Shown piece after piece: positions 37,400 through 50,488 of a DNA stretch of 64,000 nucleotides (positions within the stretch are counted from its first letter, which is position 1; every line of letters begins with the position of its first letter). Under the pieces are notes generated by a model, which made no database searches, was not told the DNA's origin, and was given only the letters and a program-made list of their open reading frames with translations. The position numbers were made by a program, and so were the translations under genes. Source of the DNA: Octopus bimaculoides (lineage: Eukaryota); NCBI RefSeq assembly GCF_001194135.2, contig NC_068989.1, positions 4,759,632 to 4,823,631 of the forward strand, read 5' to 3'.

Positions 37400-38100
37400 A
37401 GAGGACCCTGCAAAGTTGGTGGTGATCTATTTAACAAGGGACCAGAAGTTTGGAAAGTGGTAAAGCTTGATACATGGAAATATCCTTTGAGCATTAGATA
37501 GTTGTCTTTATAGGGAGTTGCACTGCTAGATGACTGCAACTGAGTTTTGAGAAGTGAATGATATCCTCTAGGCATTGTTAGCTTTGTTTTCTGCTTGAAC
37601 AGCAGCAGGGCAGCTGTACATAAATTACTTGGGGTGTTGAAACCTTAAGTTTTTGTTGTGTGGATGGTGTAAAGGGACATGCCAAAAAGGATGATTTCAG
37701 TTACCCATCTAGCTATTTCTAAAGGCTCAGGAATGAAGTACATAAACTGTCAAAGGTAAGTGACATAAAACTGGTAGAGCTCTGACTAATCAACTGACTT
37801 GGAGTGCTGTAGGACCCAGAGGAAAGAGCACAAGTTGTGTATTGCAGAGTTGTGATAAGGCAGTGGTCAGGTGTTAAGTTTTGAGGTGGAAAAGACATCA
37901 AGAGTATTTGGGATGGTTATGTGATGATCTCGAATGTGAGTAAGGGAGGAAATAAGTCGAGAATTGCGAAGGATGAATGTGTGAACTGCAAGAAATTGTG
38001 AACATTGAAATCACCAAGTAATATATATTTACAGCTAAGTGGACATGGCCATTTAACATTAAGTGTCTTGGCTTTGTGTCAGTGACAGGATATGAATGAA
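37400..38100 (-). pseudogene. CR1/L2-type LINE ORF2 fragment (APE endonuclease C-terminal half and linker)
   Basis: Minus-strand motifs in the correct order: ILLGDFNVH (GDFNVH 37998-38015), PNTLDVF, PDHCLI (37854-37871), then WVTEIILFGMSLY...CTAAL linker; multiple frameshifts and stops. Confidence 0.8.
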
Positions 38101-38372
38101 CAACTAATTCTTCATTCAATTGTTATGTCACCCCCTAATGTCTCAGAGTAATTGTGTTCTCTCAGCCATTTCTATGCTACAACTAATCTACCAATCAAAC
38201 TATGTTATTGATTTTTATTGGCCATTCTGTTATATGCCTTTCAAAAGCAATTCTTTCTTTCATTTTTCTGCCAATTGCCAACATAGACAAGTATCAAGTT
38301 TGAGGTCTGGGTGTGTGTGCTCATAATTTTGAATTGCTATTTCTCTCTCCCTCATGTACACACACACACACA

Positions 38373-38416
<44 letters not shown>

Positions 38417-38796
38417 AACATCCATGTCTGTATGAGTCAGACAAAACTTGTCACTGTCTCTCACCTCTTTTGAAGCAAGGTAACATTTCTTCTAGTCCTT
38501 TGAACCTGTACAGCTCAGTGGCCCATGTTTTCATGGAACATAGCAAACAATTGACAATGTTTTTGTATGAATGATGAACTTGATTGCAAATGTTGAGACA
38601 AGGGAGACAATAACACACATGCATATACATAAATACATACACACAACAGGTTCCTTACAGTTTCCACCTACCAGTTGCACTTACAAAGCTTTGGTCTGCC
38701 TGGAGTTATCATTGAAGACATGTTAAGATACCAAAGCTTATAAATTTATGTAATGTCTCTTACATCTGCTCCCATGCAAGAATAAAGAAATATGTT

Positions 38797-39009
38797 GAGA
38801 TGGTGAGTTGGCAGAATCATTAGCACGCCAGACAAAATGTTTAACAGTATTTTGTCTGTCTATGTTCTGAGTTCAAATTCTGCCAAGACCAGCTTTGCCT
38901 TTCATCCTTTTGGGGTAACTAAAATAAGTACCAGTTGAGTACTGGAGTCGATTTCATTGACTTAGCCCCTCCCTCCGAAATTGCTGGCCTTGTGCGAAAA
39001 TTTGAAACC
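38797..39009 (+). mobile_element. SINE-A, full length
   Basis: GGTGAGTTGGCAGAATCATTAGCACGCCAGAC...GCCTTTCATCCTTTTGGGG...AAGTACCAGTTGAG...GGCCTTGTGCGAAAATTTGAAACC. Confidence 0.88.
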
Positions 39010-41334
39010 ATTATTGTTATGTTAATTTACTTATTCCATATCTATCATACACAATAAATTCATCTCAACAGACAGGGCAAATTATCTATGAGAATTGAAA
39101 ATTAGAATTTATATTGTTTTTCTTTGTAATTCTTGGAATGTATTTTCTTAGATATTAATATGTGCTGATTTGTATCGATTTTTTTTTTACTACAAAATAA
39201 GGGAAAATTTTTCTTTTTCTTTTTTTCATTTTTTTTGTATTAGTTTATTTTAAAATATTGATATTAATAAATGTTTGTTAGATATTTTTTAATGTGCCTA
39301 TGTATTCGTCTGTGTACTTGCACACGTACATCGAGAGATTGATAAAGAGGTGAAAGAAAAGTAAAAAAAATGAGAGAAAATGGTGAGGAATGAAAAGAAG
39401 AGAGAAAGCAAAAATGAAAGCAATAGAGCAGGATAGGAAAGAAACAGAAAGAAGTGGTATAATTAGACTATAAAAGAGAAGCTGTTTTGGAACAGAAAAA
39501 CATAGGAAAAAAAGAGAGGGTGGGAGATGTAGAAAGAGAGAGAGAGCACTAGAGTAAAAGATTAATTGAAAATACTAACTGAAGAAAGTTGTTTGGCCTT
39601 AGGTTGGCCCTGAACTAGCAACCCTCTCTATAACAGACCCCAGTCTGTTGCAAGCATTTGAACCAGGCATCTTTCTGTTGGTAACTCATTCTGATGTGTT
39701 ACTTCTCATTGCAACAACCTTTGAGTAATGGTTTCTCCACCCATCCAACCCCAACCTCATCTGTCCTGTAAAAAGATTATGTGTCTTGCCCTTCTTCTGA
39801 CTAAACCATTTAAGAAATATTCACAAGCCATGATCATCCAATGCTTTTTCTAGTCTTAGTGTATCTACGAATAATTTTCAAGTGTATCCTTCCCTTTTTT
39901 TGGTTGTCAAGATAGTAGCCTGTGATTTGAGGGTGACTTAGTTACTATTTCTAATAGGTTCTATGCCCATCTAGTAATTCTATGATAGAAATCTGGTATG
40001 ATTTGCTAACCCTTCTGATTATTATATCAATTGTGGCCTGTTCTGTAATTCTTAAGAAGGTCACAAAATTAAGAAAGATGGTCAAAAGAAGTTTAACCAG
40101 TAATTGATACTATGAAGTGCACTCAATTTTAAGAACAAAAGCCTTCTATTAGCCACACTTTATACAGTATGAGCCAGTGAGGAGCATCTATGCTAGAACT
40201 AGCAGACAAATCTATCATAATACTCTACTGTCTGGTAGACAAAACATGAAACATCTTTGATCATGTGTCAGCTCAATCACAGCTGATTTTGAGCTTTAAC
40301 AACTCTATACAATTTAGCTGAACTGACCTTCAAAGGAAAGTGTTACTTTACAGTCTTAAGATGTCCATTCATGCATAAAAATAACAGCTGTATATCTCTG
40401 TCGATTTGAAGTCAGTTTTCCCATGTTGACATACTTTACATGAGTTTCACAACATCTCACAACTTGTTGCAGTCCTTGTAATCTGGTACACATGCAGTTA
40501 TAAAGAGAATCAGCAAATCATCCATTTTTGTTGTTGCATGTCATGTTTTCACATGGTTTTACAACTGAATGTTATCCCTATCACCATCCATTTTACAACA
40601 TGGACTGGATGCATTTTATCTACTCTGTATCAATGTTTTATTCAGATTACTACATATATATATAATACACACATACATAACATATATCTATCAAGCCAAT
40701 AAGGGAACCTATGTGTATATCTATAGCATGTGTATCAATATATGAATATGGAAATGCTGTGCATGTGTACTTATATAAATCTCTAGATTCATGTACATGC
40801 AATGATGCATGCGCATACACGTACATAACTTTAGTATTAGGTTCCCTAATGTTTGTTAATGTTAGGTAGTGTATTGCAAGTTATAAATATCGGCTGGAAA
40901 TGTAGAGGTGTTGGAGAGAGAAAGGGGATAGATTCCAAAACAACAGTAAACACTCATAGCAACAATAATTTCTTATGTAAGTATCAAAGAACAAATTTAT
41001 AAAGAGAGGCTGTAATGGATAGATGGATGAAATTGCAGTTTTCTTTATTTAAACACTACCAACAGCATTGAGCCAATGAGAGAAACGCCATGTAGATGCT
41101 TGATCTGCTAGAAATAATAACAAAATCCACTTCAAATGACACCCTACTATTTTTTAAAACAAAAGAAGTATATTTTGGGTAATGTGGTCTTAGATACATT
41201 TTATTTGTAACAACAAAGACAGGTTAGGACGTCTGAATAGTCTTTGCTTGCTCATTGATTGGCTTTTACCTAGAGGTAAAGGAATTGGTCAATATTTGGT
41301 TGCTTGATCACCTACAAATATCAGTAAAATCTCC

Positions 41335-41640
41335 TTGCAATGCGTTGTGTCCTTGAGCAAGACACTTTTTCATGTTCACTCAGCTGACAAAAATGAGTAG
41401 TACCTGTATTTCAAAGGGTCAGCCTTGTCACACAAGGGGCTACACACAGAGGGGACAAACAAGGACAGACAAATGGATTAAGTCGATTATATCGACCCCA
41501 GTGCATACTCCTTGAGAACTCCGTTAAGGGTACACGTGTCTGTGGAGTGCTCAGCCACGTGCACGTTAATTTCATGAGCAAGCTGTTCTGTTGATCGTAT
41601 CAGCTGGGACCCTCATCGTCATAACCGACAGAGTGCTCCT
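41335..41640 (+). mobile_element. SINE-D internal and 3' portions interrupted by an unrelated repeat fragment
   Basis: TTGTGTCCTTGAGCAAGACACTT...CTCAGCTGACAAAAATGAGT, then GGGGACAAACAAGGACAGAC...ATCGACCCCAGTG (resembles an inverted SINE-A-type end), then a CpG-rich tail TTGAGAACTCCGTTAAGGG...ACCGACAGAGTGCT. Confidence 0.5.
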
Positions 41641-42575
41641 CACTGGAATATTTGTCACACTTCCATGTCCCACTGCCACTGCCAGTGTTTGAACTCGGGA
41701 CATTGAGGGATGAAGTAAAACACTAATACATTTGATATGATGTTCCATTATTTTTGTTGCATCGTCTTCATGTAACTACAACATCAATATTTAACAGTAA
41801 CAGCAACAAAAACAACAAACAGCAACAAGGGATCAGCTGGTCTTTATCAAAATGTAATCACTCACCCATCCTATGCCACCTCCTGGTTTGAATCTGGTGA
41901 AACATGAAACTTTTATTTACTTATAATAATGTTCACCGTTATTGAGGGAGAAGATTGGCTTACATTGGGTAGCTGGGTCTAGGTGGCGGGGTATAAACAT
42001 GGAAGGTGGTGTATTGATGAAAGAGACTGTGTAGATGTGAGAAACGTGTGTATGTGTGTTAGGAAGACGGTGGTATAAGAAAAGGTATGTATGCAAGGTA
42101 GATGGATATAGGCAGAGAGAGAGAGAGAAAAAGGTAGATCAGAGAATTTTTAAGGAATTGAGAGGATGAGAAGTGAGAAGCTAGTGAATGTATGTGTACA
42201 TAGGCATTTGTGTGTTGTGGAGGTGTGTATGTTGAGGCAAAAGAATATTAAGGAAAATTGTGTGTGTCTTTGGCCAGTTGGCAGAGTAATCATTCCCTCC
42301 CTCTGTGCTCCAAGTTCAAATCCTACCAAGGTCAACTTTACCTTTATAATGATAAATTTCAACTGGTAAGCTATAAAGGCTTTTATGAAGCACAAAGAAT
42401 ACATAACTGGGTTGGGCTGAAGTCAAATGCCAAGGGTTGGGTCAATAATTAAGTTCAGATGGTGATGCATTAAATATTCACTTACATTATGGTAGTACTG
42501 TAGAAGGTAGTCTTTTGTGTTGTACTTATACCAGAACTAAACTACTCTGGTCTGATATGTGTTTGTATATTAAAA

Positions 42576-43079
42576 ATGGGAGAAGTGAAACCCTCAACTT
42601 TTGAATAGTGCTTGGTAAAATAAATGGCTACACTGTATCCATGACTTTACAAGTTTTCCACAAGCAGAAAGTCTACTTTAATTTCAGAAAGTTATTGACG
42701 TATGCAAATGATGTAGGATAGAAAATGGTATGACTGAGCCAGTAGTGTTCCATAATGTTTATCGTACAAGGACCTGATGCTGTTAGAACAAGAGCCAGCT
42801 GAGAATACAGATGAGAATATGGAAATTCTACCATGTCCACTTAAAATAACTGCAAGGAATATTGCTAAAAGGTTATCACTTATAGAGGAAGATCTGCAAA
42901 TTTTTGTTGTTGTTGTTGTTGATAACAACTATAATCATGAAAGTAACATAATAATTACAAGAGGAGTTAACGAGCTCAGCTCCTACATTGAGCTGTACAA
43001 AGAGACAATGTGCCATAAACTTCAAACAATTTTGGATGAGCTCTTTACCCCTCAAGTAGATGTTGATGATGAACTGTAA
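42576..43079 (+). pseudogene. pogo/Tigger-family transposase C-terminal remnant
   Basis: GEVKPST/LNSAW*NKWLHCIHDFTSF (cf. WEEVK.STLNGVWKKL...DF.GF), then DLMLLEQE...ITARNIAKRLSLIEEDLQIF...LSSYIELYKETMCHKLQTILDELF (cf. Tigger C-terminus ARGFSLFEEALLVF...CYRVIYDEKK..QTSLDRFF). Confidence 0.8.
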
Positions 43080-44283
43080 GATTGAAGATAGTATCTCTCA
43101 TCCTCGAAGTAACTCTCGTTCCCTCACCACAACCCCTCACACAGTAGTCAACATGTTTTATGGTTAGAGCGTATTCTATCACAATATTATGATTCTTATT
43201 TGTACCCTAATATATTTCTCTTCAAATGTTTTTATGTATATATATTGTACTACAGACGTGTAGGTATTGTTATTTTCGTGAATAAAAATAGTCATGTTGC
43301 TGGCTTTTTTATTGTCTTTTTTTATGTACGTGTGTGTGTGTGTTTTTTTTTGTTTTTTGTTTTTTTGTAGGGGGAGAATTCATTGGAACACATTATCACT
43401 GTATATCATGAAATTCAATGAGAAAATTAATTTCATGTTATGGGATTTTGCATTATGACAAGCTTTTCAGGAATGCATTAATTTCCACAATGCAGGACAA
43501 GGGAATTTTCGTGTGTGTGTGTGTATACATGAGCGCTCACGCGCGCACACACACACACACACACACGCACACTTACTTACTTTTCTGCTGTTATCTTTGC
43601 TATCTTTGAAGAAAAAAAGTTAAGTACATGTGTGTGAAAGAGCAAAAGGAATATGTGATCTTAAGAAAAAGTGACCATAAGAATGAGTGTGTCAACTTAG
43701 TGGGGAGAGAGAGAGAGAGAGGTGGGGGAGAGAGCAAGCAAGCAATGGAGAAAGAGAACATTTGATAGAAAGTTGTTTAGAGAGGTTGGCAAAAATATGT
43801 CGGTCTATTCCCTGTGGTTACTAGTTTTCTGATTTAATATTCTGTTTTATATTTTTACTCTGTGTCTGTATATGAATGATTCTCTGTGTGTTTGTGAATA
43901 TAAATGTGTAAGTTTCTACACATACGTTTATATGTGTTATATATGTCTTTGTGTTGTCTAAAGTTAAGTCGATTCAGATGAAGCAGCCTACAATCAGAGC
44001 CATTCCAGTCTTAACATCCTGTCTTTTAGGAATGCATAGAGCTACATTATTTTCTTTACTATATTTTCCCCTCTCATTTGGAGAAGTAGTGTGGTTTGAT
44101 GGAGATTTAACAGTTATTTCTAGCATATTGAGCAACCATTTAGAGGCTCTATCATTGACCTGTATATAGTTCCTAGGAGTGTGTAGTTGTGTGTAGATAT
44201 GTATGCATCTATGTGTGCATGTGTGTAAAATATATATGTAAATGTATGTATGTAAATATAAACGACATGATTATTTTAATTTT

Positions 44284-44340
44284 GATGCCCCAGCATGGCC
44301 ACAGTCTCTGGCTGAAATCATTAAAATAAAAATTAAAAAA
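44284..44340 (+). mobile_element. Isolated LINE/SINE 3' tail fragment
   Basis: GATGCCCCAGCATGGCCACAGTCTCTGGCTGAAATCATTAAAATAAAA matches the tail at 24571-24600. Confidence 0.65.
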
Positions 44341-45971
44341 GTATATATATATATATGTGCCTACACAAATTTGAATTTATAATTTTTCTTTCATTTCTTT
44401 TCCTTCAATTTTTTCCTATTTCTTTTTCTTTTATCTTTCTTCACCCTCTCTTTCTCTTTCTTCGCCCTTTCAGACATTTTTCATTCATTCATTTACTCTT
44501 TCTTCTTGTCATTGCATTGAGGCACTCGCCCATCATTTGTCTTCCTTCCCTTCTCCCCCTTCTATATATCTTTACTCAATTAGCCTTGTTAATTCACCGG
44601 CACGGTTCCTTAACCATATAGGCTCTCTTTCTCCACCAGTGGCAAAACGGCTAAATTGATGGATTGACCGACCGGACTGAAACTTATAGTCCTGCTTGGC
44701 TTAGTTCTCTGATTATCAGCTGCATTCTTCCATTGCACTACTTCCTACCGTCTCTTCCTTTTCTATTTCCTCTCTTGACACATGTTGGAATGGCAAAGCC
44801 CCGTCCATTGCTCGCACCAGTGCCACCACCACTCCACCTCCACTACCATCACCATTACCACCTCTACCAATATCATCATTGCCAGTACCAGCACTAACCA
44901 GCATAATTACTAAAATACCATCACAACTTTACCAACCAGCATCACTATTACTACTGCTACACTGTCACTACCACCTCCACCACTACAACCATCACCACCA
45001 ACAGCATCAAACTATCACCACCACTACATTCAGCCAACACCACTACTGCTAAAACCACCACCTCTATCATTGTCACCTACCACCACCACCACCATTACTG
45101 ATCTCTTGTCAAATTTTGAGCTGCTTCCTATTTCTCCCTAGAGCCTTCAGCTTAAAGATTTTGGGGTTTGGCGTGTGTGTGTGTGTGTGTATGGTAAATG
45201 AGTGAGATGATAGGGGGACATGTTTCCATGTGTCTATGTATGCGTTTTAGTGGGATATGCTTAAAGATTGGGACATGGTTTAGCTATGTGGCTTGGTGCA
45301 GGAGAGAGAGAGAGAGAGAGAGAGAGAGTGAGAGGAGGGGGAGAAAGAGAGAGAGAGAGAATGTGGAAAAGAGGAACAGGTGTGAAAGAGATTACGTATG
45401 CATGCAAGGGAGAGCAAGATAGAGTAAGGGAGGGTAGTTATATGGATGAAAGGAGGAAGAGATTGTATATGCCGAGGAGAAAAGGAGAAAATCCAGCTTG
45501 TGAGAGAAGGTGAGAGGAGTGTGTGAGAGAGAGTGAGTGAGTGAGACAGACAGACAGAGACAGAGAGAAAATTGTGCATCTGGGGATGTGTGTTTTCATA
45601 TTTAGGCTTGTGTGTTAAATGATTATTCTTTGTGTATGTGTTTGTGTTTTGTTGGTGTATGATTGTATGCATTGATGTAGGTGTTATTATTGCCCAGAGG
45701 TGGGCAACCGTGCAGTCACACAGACAGGTTTGCCAACCACCTTTTGAGTTCATTTATAACAGATGACTAACAACCTTGCTGTAAAACATCTGACAAACTT
45801 CTGCAATGACTCATCAATGTAGGTTCTAATAACTGTGACTGCAGTTTATGGCACAGGTGCATGCTCACATGCATTTGGAATTTACTGCTTCAAGCAAGAA
45901 TTCTGTCATTCATTCTTCTCACTTGTGGAATTGGAAATATTTGTGTTGAAGAATTTCAATAATTAATATTG

Positions 45972-46238
45972 AGAAGGTGGTGAGTTGGCATGAATGGTAG
46001 AATACTGGACAGAATTGCTTTGCAGTATTGAGTGTCAGAGTTGTCGACTGCTAGAATGTATAGAATGATAGACATAATAACTTGAATTATTTAGTTTTAT
46101 TTCAAGTTCAAATCCTACTGAGATTAACTTGACTGTGTGCTTTTTCATGGTCTGTAAAATAAGTACCAGTAACCTACTGAAGTCAAGACAATCCACTCTT
46201 CTCTCCCCTAAACTTTCTGGCTATGTGGAAATGTTAGA
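45972..46238 (+). mobile_element. Degenerate SINE-A copy
   Basis: GGTGGTGAGTTGGCATGAATGGTAG head...CAAGTTCAAATCCTACTGAGATTAACTT...TAAAATAAGTACCAGT. Confidence 0.65.
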
Positions 46239-46404
46239 TATACTTATGTAGTGTCAGAGCACTGGTTCAAAGAAAGTAATTCAGCATTTTAAATTCTTTT
46301 TGTATTTCTTATCGTTACATGTTTTTAAATAAATAATTGAAATTTTTCCTTTTTTTTTTTCATCCCCAAAATAACCTTTACCTAAGTTCAATAAGATGCC
46401 CTAC

Positions 46405-46495
46405 ACTGAATTGTCTATATGCTGAATTGTCTATACGCTGAATTGTCTATACGCTGAATTATCTGGCGCTCAATTGTCAGGCACTCAATTGTCGC
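46405..46495. repeat. Six-unit 15-16 bp tandem array, core CT(G/C)AATTGTC
   Basis: ACTGAATTGTCTATAT, GCTGAATTGTCTATAC x2, GCTGAATTATCTGGC, GCTCAATTGTCAGGC, ACTCAATTGTCGC. Confidence 0.9.
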
Positions 46496-48589
46496 ATCAT
46501 GCTTTAAATTGTCCTGATTGAGTAGAACCTTCCTGCATATGTATTTTTGAACCATATCTATCTCATCTCAAGTGTTGAGGGGAGGGTGTAGAAGAAAAAT
46601 TTGAAAAAATTTGGCTATAACACTGAACATATTGAATGACCATGTAGAGTTTCTTAGATTCTCTTGTTGATTTGTTTAGTACTTTGTCAAAACACACACA
46701 TACATAATTTTCTTTAGACAATAGACAACTACACTCCCTCTCTTTTTCTCTCTCTATACCAAACTATATTTAAAGAAAAGTTCAACGAAAATACTCCAGA
46801 CATGTTAAGAAGATAAACTGTTTGCACTTCAAATTTTTACTATTTGATAAGATGAGATCCATCATCGAAACCGGTAACATTCTATATTTTCTTTGTGATT
46901 TTAAAATCATTTTAGTAAATTCCTTCTAAATTGAAATGTCTTAGATTTACTTCTGTGCTATTTCCACCTTTTATTTATTTGTATATATATATATATATAT
47001 ATATATGTTTAGGAGCATGGTACTAAAAGCTTGAGGAAGTTCACATCCCATGAAGAGGACATAAGTCTGCAACAGGTTTCTTTCTTTTTTTCTTTCCAGC
47101 TTTACTAGCAGGAGAATTTTAAATCACATTGAGTGTATGTATCTATGCATCCAACTATCTATCTACCCATTCATCCACACACACATGCATATATATGTAT
47201 ATACACAATGTGTATGTGTGTGTGTATATATATATATATAAACTTCACAACATGTTTTGAGTACTCTTTTTCTTTTTTGCCTGTCCAAATGTATATTTAT
47301 TCATAACTGAGTCTGCGTGAGGATGGAAGACAAGAAACTGCAAGTGGTGACTCATACAGAAATTCAGTTTCGAAGGAATAAATGAAATATATAAAAATAA
47401 AAACATTTTGTAGAGTTTACATATACATATATAGGCACACACGCATGTGTGCACATACTATGTATGTATCCAAATGTGTCTACATTTTGAGCTTTCCTTC
47501 TATTTTTATTTATTTATTTTTTAGTGCCTGCTTGATTTATTTCTGAATGTCAACTTGTAGCTATGGGGATTCTTCACCTACCTCTTTTAGACACACTTGT
47601 CAGGGTTTTGGTAATAAATCTTTCAGTGCAGCAACAGAGAATGAATATTACCTATCAAAAAAAAGCAGCAAATGGAATGGAAACTGTACAGCTCAGTTAT
47701 CTTTATCTCCTCCTCTTCCTCCACTCCCACCACCACTATTTTCTTCTAACAGGTCCCTTGTGCACGTTAAGAGAGTAATCACCACCAGGTTATATACAAA
47801 TTATCTTTTTTTTTTGTTATTTTACTTCATTGTTTTGTTTCTATTTAGCAGTCTGTCTATATCAATATGTATCTATCTCATTAGCTATCCATCTATCAGT
47901 CTGTCTGACCCATGCAAGCATGAGAAAGTGAAGATTAAAATGACAACAGTGGTACATGTAGTAGAGCTGAAATTATCCAGTGTTACTACATGCAAAAACT
48001 CTGGGTAGTAACTGAAATTAACCTCAGCTTTATAATGAATATTCACTTTTATAGAGAGTAATTTATTCCTCTGGCTTGTAAACTCAGATGCACACAGACA
48101 CACACACGGACGCACACAGTTACTCCATATATCTGTCTGTTTGTCTGTCAGACTTACAGTCTGCTTGTCTTACTCTGCATGGATCTGTTAGTGTGTGTAT
48201 GTTATCTTTCATTTTAAATTATTTGAATTCTTACTATAAAGGATTTGGTTTCAAACAAAGAACCAAAGCTCCAACATTGGAATTTAGCTAATGACAACAA
48301 TGACGAGTTAGACATTGAATTTCAGAAGAGTTTTGTTTATTTCTCTGCTTCACTTATATATTGTATTTGCTTTCTTTCTTTGCTTGAAAGCCTCAGTTTT
48401 CAGGTCTGTCACTCGAACATTTAGTAACATAGTCAAGTCACCAATAATCAAAAGTATAACTGTATCTACAGTCAGTGTAGAGAAACACTTGTCTATGTAT
48501 ATATCATCTTCTTTTGTGAGTTTTGAAAGAAATGTCAACATCTGCAGGGAAGCTTATTTCTATATCTATCTTGTACTTGCTTCAGTCAT

Positions 48590-48960
48590 TAGACTACGAC
48601 TATGCTGGCATGGGTTGGACAGTTTGACTGAGGACTGGCAAGCCGGGAGGCTGTACCAGGTTCCAATCTGATTTGGCAGTGTTTCTACAGCTGGATGCCC
48701 TTCCTAACACCAAGCACTCCAAGAGTGTAATGAGTGCTGTTTACGTGCCACTGACACAGTTGTCATTGATCTGACACCAGCATCGGCCACAACTACGATC
48801 TCACTTGGCTTAACAGGTCAACACAAGCATGGTATATTGCCATGAGGACAAATGCTCGAATGGTACTTTTTACATGCTACCAGCACAGGTACCAGTCAGA
48901 CAGCACTGGCATTGGCCACAACTACAATCTCACTCGGTTTGACATCACTGCTTTCATGAG
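48590..48960 (-). mobile_element. Family C repeat with internal subrepeats
   Basis: TATGCTGGCATGGGTTGGACAGTTTGAC...TTTCTACAGCTGGATGCCCTTCCTAACACC; duplicated GGCCACAACTAC(G/A)ATCTCACT(T/C)GG unit. Confidence 0.8.
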
Positions 48961-50242
48961 GCCCAATGCATATATATATATATGTATAGTAATCATTTTT
49001 TCTTCAGCCAGCTGTGCAGAATGTGCTCTACTGAAGAAGACTAATAAAACTAAAACACATCTGCTGCTTTCGCTAGTTGGCCTCAAAGGCCAGGTTGTCT
49101 ACTCCAATCTGTATTGTCTATATTGTCCAAACATTTCAACTGATTAATCTTATAGTTATCTCCATGCTTTCTTTAAATTTTAAACATCCTTGAGAGAGCT
49201 TTTGCTGACTAACTACTTATATAATTATACTTTATAAAAGTTTTTCAACTCCCTCTCTCTTTTTCTCTCTCTCTGTCTCTCTCTCTATATATACACATAC
49301 ATGCATGTGAGTGTGCACATGCAGACACGCACACACACACACACATACACACAAACATGCTGATAGTATTCAACAAAAACCATTATCGTTGATGTCCAGA
49401 GAAAGTGGTTAAGTTTTATGGTTATGTAAATATCTAAATTAGCATTTCTAACAACACATCCATAAAAACATGAGACTGTATATCTTAGGGTTTTAGCTAT
49501 TTTTTCTTTACATGTTGTTCAGTGTTTTCTTTTCTGTTTGCTTCTCCATGTCTATATTTCTATTGTAATTTTTGTTGGATGATTCTTCAAAGTTTGGCAT
49601 TTGCATAGTAGTTTGTATATTTATTTATGCCCAGGAGGAGCAATAAAAGGTGGTTGTTTCTATTACAGTCATCAGAGAGAAAGTGGTGCAAACACTTGTA
49701 GTGGGTGATATTTAGGTGATTAATGGTCAATTCCAAATGTTGCTGGTTAGTCGTTGAATATGGGTGAGTGAGGGAAGATGCATGAGTGAAAAAAGGAAGT
49801 TATAGATTTATAAAACTTTAAAGGAAGAATTGGATGCAATCATGGAGAATCCAATACAACAGCACATCTGTTACTTTATTATTCTTTTATTAGTTTCAGT
49901 CACTGGGCTGTGGCCATGCTGTAGCAAAATCTTCAAATGTTTTTTTTAGTTAAGTATATCAACCCCAGCACCTATTCAAAGGAGGGCCAACACAAGACCA
50001 CTTAGCAATGGCATCACAGAATGACAGTTAAAACTAACAGGTCACATACTCCAGCTATCATTCTGTTTTAAACAGCTTTGAATTGGTCACCACCAGGTGG
50101 GAAAAGAAAGATAAAGACTCTTTACCTTCCTGGATTTACATATCCTAAAGCATTTACACCAGCATGCATACATACGCACGCGCACGTTCTTTGGTTGTCC
50201 TTCTAATATGAGCCCATTATTATTCCATCCATGCATTTGCAG

Positions 50243-50260
50243 TCAGAACATGTGACCCAG
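50243..50260 (+). CDS. Candidate 18-nt microexon (SEHVTQ if phase 0)
   Basis: Acceptor CCATGCATTTGCAG with upstream TGC motifs, donor CAG|GTACGA, length divisible by 3; motif-only. Confidence 0.15.
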
Positions 50261-50488
50261 GTACGACATGCTCATGGAGAGTCTGAAGTAACTCAAATCA
50301 CAACAGTTTACTTGCTGATCATGTTTGTATTTTCATTAACTTCCATTTTAACCCAAAGCAATCTACACTGCAAAGCAGAGTCTTGCTTGCTTCATTATAG
50401 ATTTCATTAGATACTGTATAGTGTTGTACGTAATTAACTTTTGTTGCTTTTTATCTCTAAGCAACACCACAGTTTGAACATAACACAC

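Noticed and set aside
46405-46495. CRISPR-like appearance of the short repeat array
   Set aside because: The units are adjacent 15-16-mers with no unique ~30-bp spacers, there are no cas genes, and the context is eukaryotic.
47547-48008. 153-aa ORF with a proline-rich stretch
   Set aside because: The proline and hydrophobic runs derive from (CCT/CCA) and T-rich low-complexity DNA; no homology recognised. The possible 36-nt exon at about 47753-47788 has a weak donor (GTTATA).
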